A stretch of DNA of 63,161 bases, the filler included, from Octopus bimaculoides (lineage: Eukaryota), in the NCBI RefSeq assembly GCF_001194135.2. It is 8 parts of 8 records of this genome, joined end to end, with 100 filler letters (N's around TTAATTAATTAA, not from the genome) between each part and the next. Parts side by side here need not be neighbours in the genome. Positions count along the whole stretch, not along the records: positions 24,626 to 34,970 come from NW_026325110.1; positions 35,071 to 42,656 come from NC_068988.1; 6 more parts are not named here. One strand, written 5' to 3'. Below the pieces are notes generated by a model that was given only the letters and a program-made list of their open reading frames with translations, had not been told where the DNA came from and did no database searches. Position numbers and translations under genes: made by a program. Positions 26,535-40,623 of this stretch are shown here, piece by piece. Position 1 is the first letter of the stretch. Every line of letters starts with the position of its first letter.

Positions 26535-27115
26535 TCACTCCAAAGTATACCCGGTCTCTTGTGGTAGGACAAGTTGCTTCATACCGAAATCCTCCCGGGA
26601 GCTAAGAACTACAGTGTTGTGGCCTGGACCCTTCGTTGTCTTCTCTGCTGGGTTGACCATGTGATTCTTTTGCCGGATAACCGGCTCCCCCAAAACGGTC
26701 CTCTTCAGCGGGATCAAGACGGTAAAGTAGGCTTCATGGACGTCCAAAACTTCGTTTTCACGATCATCTCCAGTGGTTTCTCGTTTTATGCGGTGTCTCT
26801 TCCAATCGGTTGAAGACCCTGGTTTCTTAACCGCAAGGCATGGAGGTTCATCTGTGATGCTGGAGCTCGGTGCTTTAAAACCGAGCACAGGAAACTGCAT
26901 GAGGAGACGAGGAGAGGAGGAGGCGTCGCCATCAAGCTTCTGTAGCTGTTGGTTCGAGGTCACATTCAGCGTCCCTCAGTGTCGCAGGACACGCCTGTCT
27001 CGTATCGGTCTATGTCAGCAACGTCCGCTCCCGTTACCAACAATAGGCTGGATGTGGAGGAGGATGGTTGTTTTGGATCGACACTGTCATCGTCTTTGAT
27101 GGACCGCCATTAGCA
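26535..27115 (+). mobile_element. RTE-clade (BovB-like) LINE 3' fragment, frameshifted
   Basis: CWVDHVILLPDNRLP; DRKAWRFICDAGARCFKTEHRKL; terminal PQCRRTRLSRIGL finger remnant. Confidence 0.75.
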
Positions 27116-27289
27116 AGTAAGGAAAAACTAGAAGTAGATATGCGTGCATGTGTGTGTGTGTGAGTATACATTCACACACATATATAAATATACATGTACG
27201 TATATGTATATGTGCGTTTGCGTGCATGTATGTATGTATGCATGTATCTATCTATCTATCTCATATCTATATCAATCTAACTATATATG

Positions 27290-27331
<42 letters not shown>

Positions 27332-27814
27332 TATGTGTGCATGTAGGCGTGCCTGCGCATGAGTGCGTTCGCGTAATCGATGGTTATTCCAGCATGTGAA
27401 TAAAGTTACTTCGTTTTTAATGAGTTTTCTACTGTTTTAAACGATTTAACAGACACACAAACACACACACACACACACACGCACAGAGAGAGAGGCATAT
27501 ATGCACGTATGTGAGTATACGTATGTGTGTGTGTGTGTGTATGTGTGTGCTCGCGCACGCAGTACATACGTAAAATTCTACTTTCACTTTTAACTAAACC
27601 ATTTTAAAAGAAAACATCCAGTTCTCTATGGTCGCACATTTTGTGACCATAAACATTTAACCCAGAGTGGGTGAGCAAACGTATGATGCTGATATTTTTG
27701 CTGTGCCATCCAAAATTGGCCCTGATCAAACAGGGCAAAGTTTAAACGCCTTCCTATCACGACCATCCTAGCTTATTTTTTAGGCTGCGTATCTTTTATC
27801 TCTTATTTTTTAAT

Positions 27815-28440
27815 CTGTAGCTTGTTTCAGTCGTGATATTGCACCATGCTGGAGCACTGCCCTAAAGGATTTCGGTCGAACAAATTGACCTCCAGTATTT
27901 TTTTTTTTTTTTAAAAACAGGTCGCCGGTCTCTTTACCCGAACGTATGCCATCGGTCTCTTTACCTGAACGTAAACAAACCAATACCGGTTTCAAACGGT
28001 TGGAGGAAAAGGCGCAAACACATACATACATCAGTGTTTCTATCTATCTATCTGTCTATTTATCTACATATCTATCTATCTGTCTATCTATCTATTTATC
28101 TACATATCTATCTATCTGTCTATTTATCTACATATCTATCTATCTGTCTATCTATCTATTTATCTACATATCTATCTATCTATCTATTTATCTACATATC
28201 TATCTAACTGTCTATTTATCTACATATCTATCTATCTGTCTATCTATCTATCTACTTACCTACCTACCTACCTACCTATATACATACATCATGTTTCTTA
28301 CAGTTTTTGCCAACTAAATCCCCTTACAAGGCTTGGGTGGACCCGACTATAGTAGAAGACACTTGTTAAAAGTACCATGCAGTGGGACAGAAGTTCAAGT
28401 CATATGGTTGAGAAGCGAACTTCTTACGATACAGCTGACC
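27815..28440 (-). mobile_element. SINE family A with greatly expanded internal (ATCT)n-type array
   Basis: Tail at 27815-28020, ~240-bp ATCT/ATTT/GTCT array, head at 28290-28440. Confidence 0.8.
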
Positions 28441-28474
28441 AATGACCGAATTCATTTTAAATGTGGTCATCCCG

Positions 28475-28930
28475 TGTGTTAAGAATCTTGTTTCTCAACT
28501 ACATGGTTTCGGGTTCAATCCCACTGCAGAATACCTTGGACAAGTGCCTTCTACTTTGGCCCATGACCGATCAAAGACTTGTTAGTGGGTTTGATAGACG
28601 GAAACGAAAAGTAGCCCGTCGTATATACATACATACTTACATACATGCGTACATACATACATACATACATACATACATACATACATACATACATGTGTGT
28701 GTGTGTGTGTGTGTGAGTGTTTTGTGTTTGTGCTTGTCTCATGCCATAACTTCACAGCAGGTGTCGGTTTGTTTACAATCCCGTAGCGCTGTTCGGCTAT
28801 GGAAGTCCAATAGAATAAGCACCAGACTTAAAAAGATTAAGTGCTAGGTTCAAACTGCTTAACTAATACCCACTCAAGGTGGTGCTCCAGCGTGGTCGCT
28901 CTCCAATGATTGCAACATGCAAAAGATAAA
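28475..28930 (+). mobile_element. SINE family A, diverged, head-to-head with the previous copy
   Basis: GTGTTAAGAATCTTG...GGGTTCAATCCCACTGC...CCTTGGACAAGTGCCTTCTAC...GGTGGTGCTCCAGCGTGG. Confidence 0.75.
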
Positions 28931-29089
28931 ATATATATAATAAAAAAGAAAAAAAGAATACAAAGAATTCAGGACAGTATTTGTCCAGTTTAAGACAGAA
29001 TGGAAGACGTGTGATTTGTGTGAGATTTGGCTGCTATTTCTAACACATCGTTCGACCACTTAAAGTTTCCGTTAATTTACATGCAAGGG

Positions 29090-29615
29090 AAGGCTGCGAG
29101 CTGGCAGAAACGTTAGCACGCCGGGCGAAATGCATAGCGGTATTTCGTCTGTCTTCACGTTCTGAGTTCAAATGCGGCCGAGGTCGACTTTGCCTTCATC
29201 CTTTCGGGGGCGATAAATTAAGTACCAGTTGCATACTCGGGAGGTCGATGTAATCGACTAGCCCCCACTCCCAAAACATTTCGGACCTTGTGCCTTGAGT
29301 AGAAATAAATTTACTCGCAGTGGACGTTAGCAGGCCGGGCGAAATGCTTAGCGGTATTTCGTCTGTTTTTGCGTTCTGAGTTCAAATTCCGCCGAGGTCA
29401 ATTTTGCCTTTCATTTTTTCAGGGTCGATAAATTAANNNNNNNNNNNNNNNNNNNNNNNNNNNNNNNNNNNNNNNNNNNNNNNNNNNNNNNNNNNNNNNN
29501 NNNNNNNNNNNNNNNNNNNNNNNNNNNNNNNNNNNNNNNNNNNNNNNNNNNNNNNNNNNNNNNNNNNNNNNNNNNNNNNNNNTTCCGGGTTTTGTGCCCA
29601 GAGTAGAAAAGAATT
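29090..29615 (+). mobile_element. Two head-to-tail SINE family B copies; the second spans a gap
   Basis: Copy 1 at 29090-29310. Copy 2 starts ~29317 (ACGTTAGCAGGCCGGGCGAAATGC), with its tail at 29583-29615. Confidence 0.85.
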
Positions 29616-29648
29616 TCCTCGCGGTGGAGATTATTCGCCAAGATACTA

Positions 29649-30024
29649 GTGGCCCAGTGGTTAGGGCAGCGGACTCGCGGTCATAGGATCGCGGTTTCGA
29701 TTCCTAGACCGGGCGTTGTGAGTGTTTATTGAGCGAAAACACCTAAAGCTCCACGAGGCTCCGGCAGGGGATGGTGGCGAACCCTGCTGTACTCTTCCAC
29801 CACAACTTTCTCTCACTCTTTCTTCCTGTTTATGTTGTGCCTCTAATTCAAAGGGTCAGCCTTGTCACACTCTGTGTCACTCTGAATATCCTCGAGAACT
29901 ACGTTAAGGGGACACGTGTCTGTGGAGTTCTCAGCCACTTGCACGTTAATTTCACGAGCAGGCTGTTCCGTTGATCGGATCAACTGGAACCCTCGACGTC
30001 GTAAGCGACGGAGTGCCAACACAA
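29649..30024 (+). mobile_element. Full-length tRNA-headed SINE, here 'family C' (TCG loop, Arg-like head)
   Basis: A box GTGGCCCAGTGGTTAGG, loop GGACTCGCGGTC, B-box-like GGTTTCGATTCC, conserved central block, tail ...GGAGTGCCAACACAA. Confidence 0.8.
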
Positions 30025-30423
30025 TATCGTTAGGTATATTTTAAAAAAAAACAACTCAAAGAGAAAAACACATACAAAAACACACTAAAAAGTTTCTGTG
30101 ATCTCCATGCTACTATACTCAAGGCAACACAGCAGGAACAACAGCAGCAACAGCAGCAGCAGCAGCAGCAGCAGTGAAAACAGCAGCAGAAATAGTTGTT
30201 ACAGCAGCAGCATAGATGAAAGTGAAGAGGGTGGTGCATAAGTCAAGTGAAACCAAAGTGAAGATCGTGGTCTCGGGTTCGTGTTGAGGTGAGATGAAGC
30301 TATATGGTTATATACTATTTCTTCTATGTCGTATACCACCACAACCACATATGTATATACACATACATGTACACATACACACATACATACATACACACAC
30401 ATGTATATATATATAAATATATA

Positions 30424-30580
30424 GGAGTGGCTGTGTGGTAAGTAGCTTGCTTACCAGCCACATGGTTCCGGGTTCAGTCCCACTGCGTGGCACCTTGGGC
30501 AAGTGTCTTCTACTATAGCCTCGGGCCGACCAAAGCCTTGTGAGTGGATTTGGCAGGCGGAAACTGAAAGAAGCCCGTCG

Positions 30581-30633
<53 letters not shown>

Positions 30634-30843
30634 CTGTGTTTATCCCCACCCCCAACATCGCTTGACAGTCGATGCTGGTGTGTTTACGTCCCCGTAACAT
30701 TAGCGGTTCAGCAAAAGAGACTGATGGAATAAGTACTAGGCTTACAAAGAATATGTCCTGGGGGTCGATTTGTTCGACTAAAGGCGGTGCTCCAGCATGG
30801 CAGCAGTCAAATGACTGAAACAAGTAAAAGAGTAAAAGAGTAA
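30424..30843 (+). mobile_element. SINE family A, full length and well preserved
   Basis: GGAGTGGCTGTGTGGTAAGTAGC...GGTTCAGTCCCACTGCGTGGCACCTTGGGCAAGTG...(TA)n(TG)n...GAAACAAGTAAAAGAGTAAAAGAGTAA. Confidence 0.92.
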
Positions 30844-30879
30844 TACACACACACACACACACTAATTTTTACATTGCTT

Positions 30880-32180
30880 TGTATATCACTTTGACTCTGT
30901 CGTTCTTTCTTTCTTTTCTTCTCACATTGTTTTCTTTTCTTTTCGCAATTTTTCTTCATTCCTTCTCTCGTTACTTCATTTTCCCTCCTTCTTTCTTTCA
31001 TTCTTTCTTTTCCCTTTCTTCCATTCTTGCTATCGTGTCCCCGACTCAAATTTCATTTTTTTCTTTCTTTCTTTCTGTCAGTCTTTCTTTCTGTCAGTCT
31101 TTCTTTCCTCCCTTCTTTCGTTCTTTCTTTCAATGTTTCTTTCTGTCTGTCTACCTGTCTTCCCATTTTTTCTTTTTTCGCCCTTTTCTTTCATTCATTC
31201 ATTCATTCATTATTTGCTTTCCTCTCTTTTCCTTTCCCTTAGTTCATTCATTCATTCATTCTTTCTTTCCTTCTTTCTTTCTTTTCTTCGTTCTTTCTTT
31301 CTTTCCTTCGTTCTTTCTTTCAATGTTTCTTTCTGTCTGTCTTCCCATTTTTTTCTTTTTTCGCCCTTTTCTTTCATTCATTCATTCATTCATTCATTAT
31401 TTGCTTTCCACTCTTTTCCTTTCCTTTAGTTCATTCATTCTTTCTTTCTTTCTTTCTTTCTTTTACTAATTTTTACTCACCCCCTCTCTCTTTATTTTCC
31501 TTCTTCTTTCCTTCCAACATTTTCCAGTTATTTTCATTTTCCTTGTTTGTTTCGTTTTTATTTTACTTCCTTTTCTCTTTCATTCGTTTCTCCTTCCTCC
31601 TGTGCTTTCTGCCTTTATTTACTCTTTCTTCCTTCCTTCCAAACCATTTATTATTATTATTATCTGGGAGTTCCTTCAAATATTTTCTCTCTTTTTCTCA
31701 ATTTCTTTGTGTTTTTTTTTCCTTCTTCAAAAGCAAATTCTTTTTGTATTTCTTTCTTTCTTTCTTTTATTTGTTTTCTCCTTCTTCCTTCACTCCTTCA
31801 CACTTTCCCATTTGTTTATATATATAGTCCTTCATTCCATTGTTTTCTTTTCTTTCTTTCTTTCTTTCTTTTCCTATCATATTTTCGTCCTATTTTTCTG
31901 TCTATCTTTTAATCTTTTTTCTTTTACTCTTTCATTCTGTTTTCCTTCTTTTCTGTCTTTCTTTCTTTCGTTGTCGCCTAATCTTTCTTTCTTTCTTGTT
32001 TCCCTTCTGTCTTCCTGTCTATCTTTCAATCTTTCTCTTTCATTCATCCATTCTTTCATTCTGAATTCTTTCTTATTGTCTTTCTTCTTTCACTTTGTCA
32101 CTCTTTCTTTGTGCCTGTTTCTCTCTCTTTTCCTTTTTTCTTTCTTTCTTTCTCTCTCTCTCTCCCCTCCCTCCTTCCTC
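30880..32180. repeat. Pyrimidine-rich (TTTC/TTCA) low-complexity tract with a ~190-bp tandem duplication (~31110-31290 vs ~31300-31465)
   Basis: CAATGTTTCTTTCTGTCTGTC...TTCGCCCTTTT...CATTATTTGCTTTCC...TTAGTTCATTCATTC is present twice. Confidence 0.8.
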
Positions 32181-32725
32181 TCTATGATGTCACCATTTCT
32201 TATCGGGTAAACCTGACCCCACTAAAATCCATGAACCCATGGGCAATCATCGTAAATCATCCGTTATCTAATTCGTTTTGCTTCATATTCTACATTCAAG
32301 TAAGTCCTAATCATGTACACTTATATCCAACTCCATTCCAGCCGTGCCAAACACAACGATTTTATCACAAACTATATCTAGACTTTATCAAATGACACCC
32401 TCCTCTATAAAACGTAGTGCATGTTTGCGGGAAATTTTGCTGCTATTTCTAGCAGACCATGTGACCAGGTAGAAGCACCTTAGATGATTCTTTTATTTTT
32501 TTACTTGTCTCAGTCATTAGAATGCGGCCATGCTGGGGCAAAACCATGAACAGTTATTAGTTGAACAAATCGACTCCCGTACATTCTTTTAAAACCTGGC
32601 ACTTATTTTACCGGTCTTTTTTGTAGAACTGCTAAGTTAGAGGGATGTAAATACACCAACGCCGGTTGTCAAGCGGCGGAGGAGGTAAAACAAAGATTCA
32701 GACAAACACACACACGCACACAAAT

Positions 32726-32767
<42 letters not shown>

Positions 32768-32819
32768 GTCTGTCTACCAGTCTTTCTGTCTCCCTCTTCT
32801 AATCTAATAAGCATGTGTG

Positions 32820-32867
<48 letters not shown>

Positions 32868-32961
32868 TGTGAATAAACATGAGTGTATATAGACCACAGC
32901 TAAGTGAATATGCATACACGCATACACTATCACACACACATTCACACATACGAACACACTA

Positions 32962-32995
<34 letters not shown>

Positions 32996-33053
32996 TTATA
33001 TATATGTAAAACATAGATGCATACATACATGCAAACAAATATACACACATACA

Positions 33054-33101
<48 letters not shown>

Positions 33102-33991
33102 CTAATACACACAAATACACATACACATATATCTATATACACAAATATATGTATACTCACTGAATAGATATGTATGTCTGTGTGTGTGTGTGTGAGAGAG
33201 AGAGAAGAACATATTGTATACAGTTAAATATGTCTATCTTTTAAAAAGGTATGTATAACTATATATGCATATACATATATATATATGTGTGCATGTATGT
33301 AGTCATGTATGTATAATTATGTATATATATATATACATACNNNNNNNNNNNNNNNNNNNNNNNNNNNNNNNNNNNNNNNNNNNNNNNNNNNNNNNNNNNN
33401 NNNNNNNNNNNNNNNNNNNNNNNNNNNNNNNNNNNNNNNNNNNNNNNNNNNNNNNNNNNNNNNNNNNNNNNNNNNNNNNNNNNNNNNNNNNNNNNNNNNN
33501 NNNNNNNNNNNNNNNNNNNNNNNNNNNNNNNNNNNNNNNNNNNNNNNNNNNNNNNNNNNNNNNNNNNNNNNNNNNNNNNNNNNNNNNNNNNNNNNNNNNN
33601 NNNNNNNNNNNNNNNNNNNNNNNNNNNNNNNNNNNNNNNNNNNNNNNNNNNNNNNNNNNNNNNNNNNNNNNNNNNNNNNNNNNNNNNNNNNNNNNNNNNN
33701 NATACATAATATACATCAATGCTCATATATGAAAATATGTGTGTATATGTCTATGTTTTTGATGGCCTTTATCCAAATTTTGCATATGACCTATACGGGA
33801 ATGTTTATCTATGCTCTGAGTGTATATCTGAGAATGGTATTAAGCATGTATTTACATATCTATCTATCTATCTATCTATCTACCTACATATATAAATACA
33901 TACATACATATTCAGATATATAAACACATACATATACACATATAAATATATACATATATATATATATATATATACACATACAAATACATAC

Positions 33992-34045
<54 letters not shown>

Positions 34046-34620
34046 ATACATGCATATATATATATAGATATAAATACATACATGCATATATATACATGCA
34101 TATATATACATACATATATATACATATACATATATCTATATATGTATATATATATATATGTATGTATATATACATACATACATATATATAGATAGATAGA
34201 TATGTATACATACATACACATACAGTACGTTAATCTATTTGAATACGTGTGTATGTATATACACATCTCATTATGTAATTCATCTTTTGTATATATATAT
34301 TAATTTACGTATATGTACAAGAGATTCTGTTCATCAATGCATATATTGCTAGTTCGTATGTGGATATCACCAGGTAATTTTAAGGTTGAGATTGCACACA
34401 AAAATTAACACCCAGGAACATAACACATTCTCAAAAAAATTTGTGGGGTATAATCAATACACACACACACGCACACACACATACACACACACATACACAC
34501 ACACATACACACACACACACACAGTAATTTGGATTAATGCCAATGTATGTACAATACAAACACTTACATACACACATAATATATATCTGTATCTATCTAT
34601 CTATCTATACACACACACAC

Positions 34621-34727
<107 letters not shown>

Positions 34728-35070
34728 TATACATGTATATATATACATGTGTCCAAATGTATGTATGCATAAGTATATATATATATATATATATATATAT
34801 GTAGGCCACATTGACATGCATAACCACGTAAACAAACCAACACTGTTTAACAGGTGATGGTCTGGGAACAAACACAAACACATGTATACATATATATTAT
34901 GTATACATATACATATATATTATATATATATATATGTATGTATGTATATATATGTGTGTGTGTGTGTGTANNNNNNNNNNNNNNNNNNNNNNNNNNNNNN
35001 NNNNNNNNNNNNNNTTAATTAATTAANNNNNNNNNNNNNNNNNNNNNNNNNNNNNNNNNNNNNNNNNNNN

Positions 35071-35121
<51 letters not shown>

Positions 35122-35124
35122 GAC

Positions 35125-35485
35125 TACGGACATGCGGAGCACCGTCTTCAAGGATTTTTAGTCGAACAAATCGAACCCAGGACATTTTTAAGCCTGATAC
35201 TGTCGGTTTCTTTTGCCGAACCGCTAATTTATGGGAACGTAAACACACCAACACCGATTGTCAAACGATGGTGGGGGACAAGCACAGACGCAAAGATACA
35301 CACACATAGATATATACGTACATGTACATATACGGCAGGCTTCTTTCAGTTTCCGTCTACCAAATCCACTGATAAAGCTTTGGTTGGCACGAGGCTATAG
35401 TAGAAGACACTTGCCCAAGGTGCCACGCAATAGAACTGAACCCGGAACCTTGTGGTTGGGAAGCAAACTTCTTACCACACAGCTA
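35125..35485 (-). mobile_element. SINE family A
   Basis: Tail, internal repeat and head motifs on the minus strand. Confidence 0.85.
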
Positions 35486-35589
35486 TGTTATACATACATA
35501 CATACATACATATGTGTGTGCGTGTGTGTGTGTATGCAAAGAGAGAGAGAGAGAGAGAGAGAGATTCATTCATACAATCATATATGCAT

Positions 35590-37990
35590 ACGTGATGGTC
35601 GTCCGCTCACTAACGAGTGACACCGTTACTGACTAAGCAATGCTTGTGCAAAATTTTAGGTCCAGTAAGTCTTGCAGAACACCTCATTGTCCTTCCTCAT
35701 GACCCAGAGACAAGCTCAGGCAAAATATTTAGGGTCAATATGGGTCAAAGGCTCAGAAATGTGGGAGTGCTACGATCTCAAGTAAAAGATCCCCCAAAAT
35801 ATCCAGTGTCATTACCTAAATATCCGTTTTTACATCAGAGTGACCTTTTCCTAGATACATGTTTTTAGAAAAAGCTGAGGAGTGTCTTCCCCACCGCCAG
35901 TGGCCTGCCAACATGCCAGACACCAATTGATAGATAGCCATTCTTTCGATAGTTTTGTTTTCAGTCTGGCTTGGTTTCTAGCAATCCTTTTCAACGGTCT
36001 AGCCTGAGGGTGCCGGTTTAGTCGCAGACAACCAAGCCTGACCATACAACAAGCTGTATTGGATTCCACTTCACTGGTCACCTGACATGCATACATACAT
36101 GGTGGTTGTCTACTCCTTATACAGAATTTGACCACCTCCTGTGCCTACACCTTAGAACCATCATGGCATCTGATGTGGCTTTTAAAACCAGACAATATTC
36201 CGTAAAGACGTCCACATAGATTGCACCTCTGATTTGGACCACCAAGAGTTGCAGTTAAGTTCTGATCTTTGTTGATCTTAAAATGACTTTCGAGGCCTCT
36301 GTAGGATTTGCAAACCTTCTCGTATACACTGCATTCAAAGGTGTGCACAGACATATAGTCAGAATAGTTGGTAGAGGTTCGTTTTCCATGCGTTCGCAGA
36401 TGAGATTTGAGGCCAGCAAAAGACAGGCATCGTCTGTCACAGACTGGGCACACAAAAAGGTCATTGTCGTTGACCTTGTCGATCGTTACATTCTTGTTTA
36501 GATCTCTTTTGAGTTTTACTTGTGTTATCTTGGCCTCTTCAAATGCTTTCCCCCCACTCCACACCTTTATTCGCCATCCAACTCGATCCGAAGCAAGAGT
36601 TTCTATATCTTCTGAAACCATTCCAAGTGATTTCATAGTAGTCCTTATGCCGTCCTTAAACCTTTTTTTAGGTTTACACCGATAGCGTTTCACCTCTGCA
36701 AGCTCACCATAAAACAGCTGTTTCGGCATACGTTCATCTGCCATTCGAATAATATGGCCACACCATCTCATTTGGTTTTTCAAAATCATTGCTTTAATTG
36801 AGGTGATGCCTGCAGATGCAAGGACATCTGTGTTTGGAGTAAAAGAACTCCATTTAATTTTTTAAATGCGATGAAAGCATTTTTGGTGGAATTGCTCTCA
36901 CCATTTAAAGTGCTTTTCATAACAAGTCCAAGTTTCACAGGAATGCAACAGGGATGGTAAAACAAATGGTTTGTAAAGAGCCAGCTTTTTACTTTTATAT
37001 ATATATGTTGCTGGCACCAAACGCGTGAATCCAAGCCATCAAATCCTTTTGTTGCCCTTTGCATTCGCAGCTGTATTTCTGTATATCAAGATTTCCATCA
37101 TTTTGAGCAGAACTTCCAAGGTAGACGAGCGAATCGACAACCTCTAGTAAATTTCCCTTAAAAATTTTAACGGGGTTACAAACAGTACCACACGCAGGTT
37201 GATGCATTACAACTGTTTTTTCTTCCAGTTGATGGTCAGGCCAAAATCATCACAGGCTGAGTCAAATACAGATACAGGAGACTGCAGACCTGTTTCAGAA
37301 TGACTGACAAGATCGCAATCGTCAACGTTCCCTAATGAGTGAAGTAAAAACCTTCGTTTTAAATTTCAGTCTGGTCAGATTAAAAACATTTCCTCTTGAT
37401 CGATATTTTATATACCCTCTTCAGAGTTTTGAAAAGCATGTGACAACACAAGAGCAAAGTATATCGCAAAGAGGGTGGGTGCATCAAGGTCTCCTTGCTT
37501 CACTCCATTTTCCACGGCAAAAAATTCAGAGAGCCTATCACCAAAGTTAAATCTAGCTTTCATATCTTGATGCAAAGCCCTGATCATGTTTACAAATCTT
37601 TCTGGGAAACCTATTTTCCTTAGAATTAGCCACAGAGCATTTCGATTAACAGTATCAAATGCTTTTCTCAAATCAACAAAGCAATGGTATAGAGCAAGAT
37701 TTTGTTCAATACACTTTTCTTGTAATTTTCTGACAGTAAAGATACAATCAACTGTGCCCCTGGAGGAGCGAAAACCACACTGAGACTCATACACTATATT
37801 CGGAACTATAAAGGTATTTAAACGTTCTAACAAAATGCGGGCAAGTACCTTTCCAACGACAGACAAAAGGAAATCCCACGAAAATTACCACACAGATCCT
37901 TTGGCCCCGATTTATACAAGGAGACTAAAATGGCATCAATCCAGTTTTGAGGCACTTTCTCAGTGTGTAACAACTGTGTGATAAATATGT
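35590..37990 (-). mobile_element. 5'-truncated RTE-clade LINE: RT, C-terminal region with three C2H2 units, probable long 3'UTR; decayed centrally
   Basis: NWIDAILVSLYKSGPKDLCGNFRGIS; ORF 37408-37866 ESQCGFRSSRG...FVDLRKAFDTV...GVKQGD; DDCDLVSHSE; ORF 36145-36789 MRWCGHIIRMADERMPKQLFYGEL. The 3' boundary is approximate. Confidence 0.9.
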
Positions 37991-38526
37991 TGGTGATATA
38001 TATGTATGTATGTATGTATATAGATAGATAGGTAGACAGCAAGATATATATATATGTGTGTGTGTGTGTACACACACGCACCCGCACAAACACACACACA
38101 TATATATGTATGTATGCTTATTTCTTCATATACACATGTTATTGTTTACGCGTGTGTGTGATGGAAGTGATCAGGATGTTATCTTTTTCTAGTAAAGATA
38201 TAATGATATCGGTGTTGAGTATATCTAATGCCGTTGCTATCGATAGTGATGTGGGTGGTATTTCCATGTGACAGGTCTCTGTTCTCTTCCCTTGTTTTCA
38301 TTTCTGTTAACCGCCGTTTATCCTAATTTGTCATTATTTAGTTTCATGCATCCGTCCACACCTACACGATATATTGAATTTTAAGTATGTGTGTGTGTGT
38401 GCTTTTTCTACATATGTGTATATTATATGAATGGATGGATGTGATTAATGGATATTTTTATATAAATATGTCTAAATGTATATACTGTATGTGTGACCGT
38501 CTGTGTGTGTGAGAGAGAGAGAGAGA

Positions 38527-38578
<52 letters not shown>

Positions 38579-38983
38579 AGATAAACACACCTGCGGACAT
38601 ATAAACATATATGTAATATATATATATATATACTTATATGTACATACGTAAATATGTGTATATATACGTGTGCGTGTGTATGTGTGTATGTGTTTGTGTT
38701 CATGCATTTATATATATATATATATATACACAGAGAGCGTGAGGGGGAGAGAGAGAGTCACACATCACCCACACGTGAATGTATGAATATCCATGTAATT
38801 TATGTTCTCACCATTATATAACACATCTCCTGCTCCAAGTGTTCTCCATCTGTGGTCGTCTGCTATGTGCAATAATGTAACCTTATACTGTTGTTGTTGT
38901 TATAGTGCATACACAACACATGGTCATAGCAATAAAGCAGTGTTTTCTTTTCCTTTTCCTATGATTTAAAAAAAATCTTATAG

Positions 38984-39045
<62 letters not shown>

Positions 39046-40028
39046 AAATCAACAGACTTAGATTACGACATATTTCCTTTTCCCATTTCAAGTAAGACCA
39101 CACCTTTCCACAAAGTCTTTCCCCTGCAAAAATCATTGATATGCCATCAAAGCTTATTATTTGAGCTGAGATAGTTTTCTGTTTCTCTTCATTTCATTCA
39201 ACGACATCTTTTAAGGATTTGGATCCTCTTTCTTGGACTTTTGCAGCATTTTACTTTTCTACTTTTCAGATGAGAGCCTTTTGAGGACGAGTTAAAATTG
39301 TTAGAGTATCTTATTTGTTCCGGACTCCCCTCCTGATTTTAAATCTCTTGCAAGGTCGACCTTTGTCTTTCATTCATTCTGATTAGCTTTTTGCGCCGTT
39401 TGTCAACGGAATTGTTGATACAACTTAAATACTGTTGCTATGTTTGGACTGTTTCCAGAAGCAAGTATCTGGTCTCACGTATACTTACCACCTATTTACT
39501 TATGGATACATCACGAAGCATCCACGCAACTCAAGGACTTACCTGACATTGATTAACTATGACTGTCTTTGGGTCTTTGACCCGGTATTTTTTGTAGGGC
39601 TTTATTTCCTAAAACTTTTTTGAACGATCACTAAATTAGCCCGCAAGGCAGCAGGAGTTCATCATTATAGTGGGCATGGTTTATACAAAGCCAGTCCTTC
39701 TGTTTCGTCCTTTAAATCTTGTACTAGCCTGATGGAACAAGTGTCTCGAGCTCAGGGGTTATAAGGATGCAAGAAGTTACCTTTTCTTAGATGATCAGCT
39801 AAAGAGCTAAAAGGCTTCATTTGCCTTTCGAGCACTGAGGAGTCTGTGAGTGACCTTCTTTCGGAGGCAATTGTACAATATATTAATTTACCCACGGCTG
39901 GGATCTTGACAGGCTTAGGAACAACAGGGGCTAAGCGGTGGTTCCAGTATAATAGCAACTCCTGCGCCAATATCTGTGTCAGGTGGTGTCGATAATTGGA
40001 CAAGGGCTATATTCATTTATAATATATC

Positions 40029-40155
<127 letters not shown>

Positions 40156-40242
40156 ACGCAAACATATATAACGTACATAACGCGTATATACCCTTCATAT
40201 CAGTCGCATGACATCTTTCTGACCATGTTAAACTCTATGTGA

Positions 40243-40623
40243 TTACCCGCATATTCTTCTCAAGAACGTTGGTACAGATCAGTTGACACTGTTACAGACC
40301 TCGATCAGATTACACACTTTCCAACAGAATTTCTCAACTCCCAAGATCCTCCAGGACTCCCTCCAAATGAACTTCACTTAAAAGCCGGTTGCCCTGTCAG
40401 CCTCCTATGCAATCTAAAAGCACCCACACTATGCAATGGAACTCGCCTTGTAGTTTAGCAAATGATGGACCACGTCATTGAAACTCAAATTATCACGGGA
40501 CACGGCAAAAACGATGCCGTTTTCATTCCGAAAATTCCGCTAACCCCAACAAACTGCCCCTACCCTATGCAGAGACTTCAGTTCCCTCTCAAACTCAGCT
40601 TTGCCATGACAATTAACAAAGCA
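40243..40623 (+). mobile_element. Helitron Rep/Hel fragment (PIF1-family helicase C-terminal motifs), one in-frame stop
   Basis: YRSVDTV...FPTEFLNSQDPPGLPPNELHLKAGCPVSLLCNL...LCNGTRLVV*...FIPKIPLTP...RLQFPLKLSFAMTINKA. Confidence 0.9.

Noticed and set aside
29649-29720. tRNA-Arg(TCG)-like sequence
   Set aside because: No proper cloverleaf, and it continues into a SINE body. It is a SINE head. The same applies to tRNA-like heads at 30424, 47185 and 50057.
39240-39980. Possible APE endonuclease remnant (GAGVAII...IPAVGKLI) on the minus strand
   Set aside because: Only one weak motif; not supportable without a search.
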